From: Planctomycetota bacterium
GTDB taxonomy: Bacteria > Planctomycetota > UBA8108 > SXIK01
DNA length: 64,000 bases
Assembly: GCA_965223845.1 (NCBI GenBank)
Contig: CBDCXR010000004.1
Span: 6,912,001-6,976,000 of the forward strand
Direction of reading: 5' to 3'
The translations under genes and the position numbers were made by a program. The notes beneath the pieces are model-generated. The model searched no databases, was not told where the DNA came from, and saw only the letters and a list, made by a program, of their open reading frames with translations. Shown piece after piece: positions 63,501 to 64,000 of this stretch; within the stretch, counting starts at the first letter, position 1, and each line of letters starts with the position of its first letter.

Positions 63501-63555
63501 CGTGACGCACACGGCGCATCGAGACGAAGAGTCGCCGCGCCCTGCGAGTGAGTGA
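60535..63555 (+). CDS. Secreted degenerate GH36/GH27-like protein with FN3-like and C-terminal NPCBM/NEW2 domain
   Basis: Signal peptide after ATG 60535. Barrel remnants WGWHT, LGDGWQ, GLWIAP and VDPTSP. NPCBM-like YARGWGV...FTAHVGIDD...VEFIVEADG...LDVRAVERLRLIV...DFANW. Confidence 0.7.
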   Translation: MNRQGVTRVLGVALAAIVAGPATADEASRIPLPASAGIELRFELSRGRERLALSWPGRIPASTRVELSPADGIVVSLLWTATGGRLAATRLDSRAKDAERLRATIRAADPSESSRRTARPARHSGSSRPGFFYLSRDQLGMELARGLVFSRSSSGFDFSFTDRAMSFRLDADRDGAWVVTAAGEVPRGRETVLFAWESVALPHASSAASPPRLWGWHTEGLGSDRLRKLVAELALPASPGRYLELGDGWQTSRDPSPFRSPARDWWDALGASFGPDATPVPASAVDPETESERARGDGSSRKRHERSGEGGEAGEAEPAAIVEIVNALEARGWDVGLWIAPLGASSKDVYRAEPRAFFSLERRDDGEVKRRPIPGGALGRYVVDPTSPAGQRYLERLAAAVVGAGPRILRLAGLGDAYALYRRDEEQLADPAVGALGALRLAVRSLRRGAGDSIVLLGARGTPRELAPELESMRPWDESALALAPLAAESDLFRRWWPRVAGACGIEATPLAVRPEGREIGPPDRSAAQIAYALLTGRDTQIAVGRTLPDETLALLRQVPGFAVRPLDWFEREIAPNVWVFHGADRAASTVGLFAWDEHRVRRVRFNPEDLGLERRTPRETVLWYDLTARRLVGVGRGEQEFSLLPTEVRLLVAVAVEQNRPTVLSIAGRLFGREEDRLREDWDANRRELRLHVRLGLAGDSDRRATSIDLAVPPTLDVARVDVSDANVRVKPAAGGVARIEVDSERSELELAVTFTASASSAGAVLPRDVTVRPSAPGSAPLVEWRIDAAVWPTAPARFEVSRSGAVVGIVSGTRFIDSTATPGAVEEYAVRPVGDDRAPSIAKADPGEFAATEPLDLSAAIPSRTDERAGAPRRDRAATGRPLIVDGVSYARGWGVRSPSMLEFRLARHAERFTAHVGIDDSSRFRGRVEFIVEADGREVFRTGAIRGGVPAEAIDLDVRAVERLRLIVEDGGDGTDGDFANWCNPVVTHTAHRDEESPRPASE

Positions 63556-63690
63556 CGCGCTCGAGGCCTCGATCGTCGAACGGTTCGGCCGCGCACACTT
63601 CGTACACGTTCACTCTGCTTCCTACTTATCTGTCCTCCCGCGCGTCCGTTCGGTGCCGTTTTTTCCGCGCGCAACTCCAGGTCCGAAATC

Positions 63691-64000
63691 GTGACCACAG
63701 CTCCGACTAAGATCACGCCGATCGCGTTTGCCTTCGTGCTCGCAGCCGCGACCACGATCCTCGCCGCCCCCGAACCCGCGCTCCGCGTCGGAGCGGCGTC
63801 CGTGGCGCTCGCCGCTCGGGACGATATGGTGATCGCGGGAGGCATCGCTCCCGGTCGCGCCCGTGGTCAGGAGGGCGAGCTTCGCGTCTCGGCGACCGTC
63901 GTCGAGGACGGAGCGCGCGCTCGAGTCGCCATCGTCGCCTGCGACATCTTGATGATGCGCCGCGATTTCTTCGATGCCGCCGGCAAGCGAATCGAGCGCG
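63691..64000 (+). CDS. Secreted neutral/alkaline ceramidase-like protein, truncated by the window end
   Basis: Own translation from GTG 63691: signal peptide, then LRVGAASV...MVIAGG...GELRVSATVVE...VAIVACDIL. The frame is open to the window edge. Confidence 0.6.
   Translation, partial: MTTAPTKITPIAFAFVLAAATTILAAPEPALRVGAASVALAARDDMVIAGGIAPGRARGQEGELRVSATVVEDGARARVAIVACDILMMRRDFFDAAGKRIER

Overview
High-GC bacterial chromosomal window, most consistent with an uncultured Planctomycetota (PVC) genome. The markers are dockerin-like C-terminal tags, kinase-coupled ECF sigma factors, a PVC-style BamA loop and a eukaryote-type xylulokinase. About 30 genes are credible; most short ORFs in the track are GC shadow frames. 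No rRNA, tRNA, CRISPR array, integrase or transposase was recognised. From left to right: (1) a hopanoid locus in which an RND/MMPL transporter, a PhnD-like periplasmic binding protein and a TatT-like TPR lipoprotein converge on shc, an hpnG-like gene and a membrane ORF. This trio matches the architecture of the BstABC sterol-transport system but sits next to a squalene-hopene cyclase, and is the best candidate for an undescribed system. (2) A degenerate GH31-like protein. (3) metG head-to-head with two tandem giant carboxypeptidase-regulatory-repeat paralogs. (4) A cobalamin riboswitch with an unusual ~58-nt hairpin insertion, upstream of a secreted propeller-like protein with a dockerin-like tag. 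(5) Three ECF sigma modules (kinase-FGE, ZAS-vWA, kinase-STAND) and two further tagged secreted proteins. (6) An M24 peptidase, NUDIX, SnoaL, a BamA-family protein, a Tsr3/DTW-like protein and a small HTH protein, followed by a 47-bp palindrome and a 3x131-bp tandem repeat. (7) A MoxR AAA+ ATPase coupled to a YehM/DUF5682-like partner, an ABC-2 system with a fused permease, a xylulokinase, an OprO/P-type porin, a degenerate GH36-NPCBM protein and a truncated ceramidase-like gene. All family calls come from motif recognition by eye, not from database searches.
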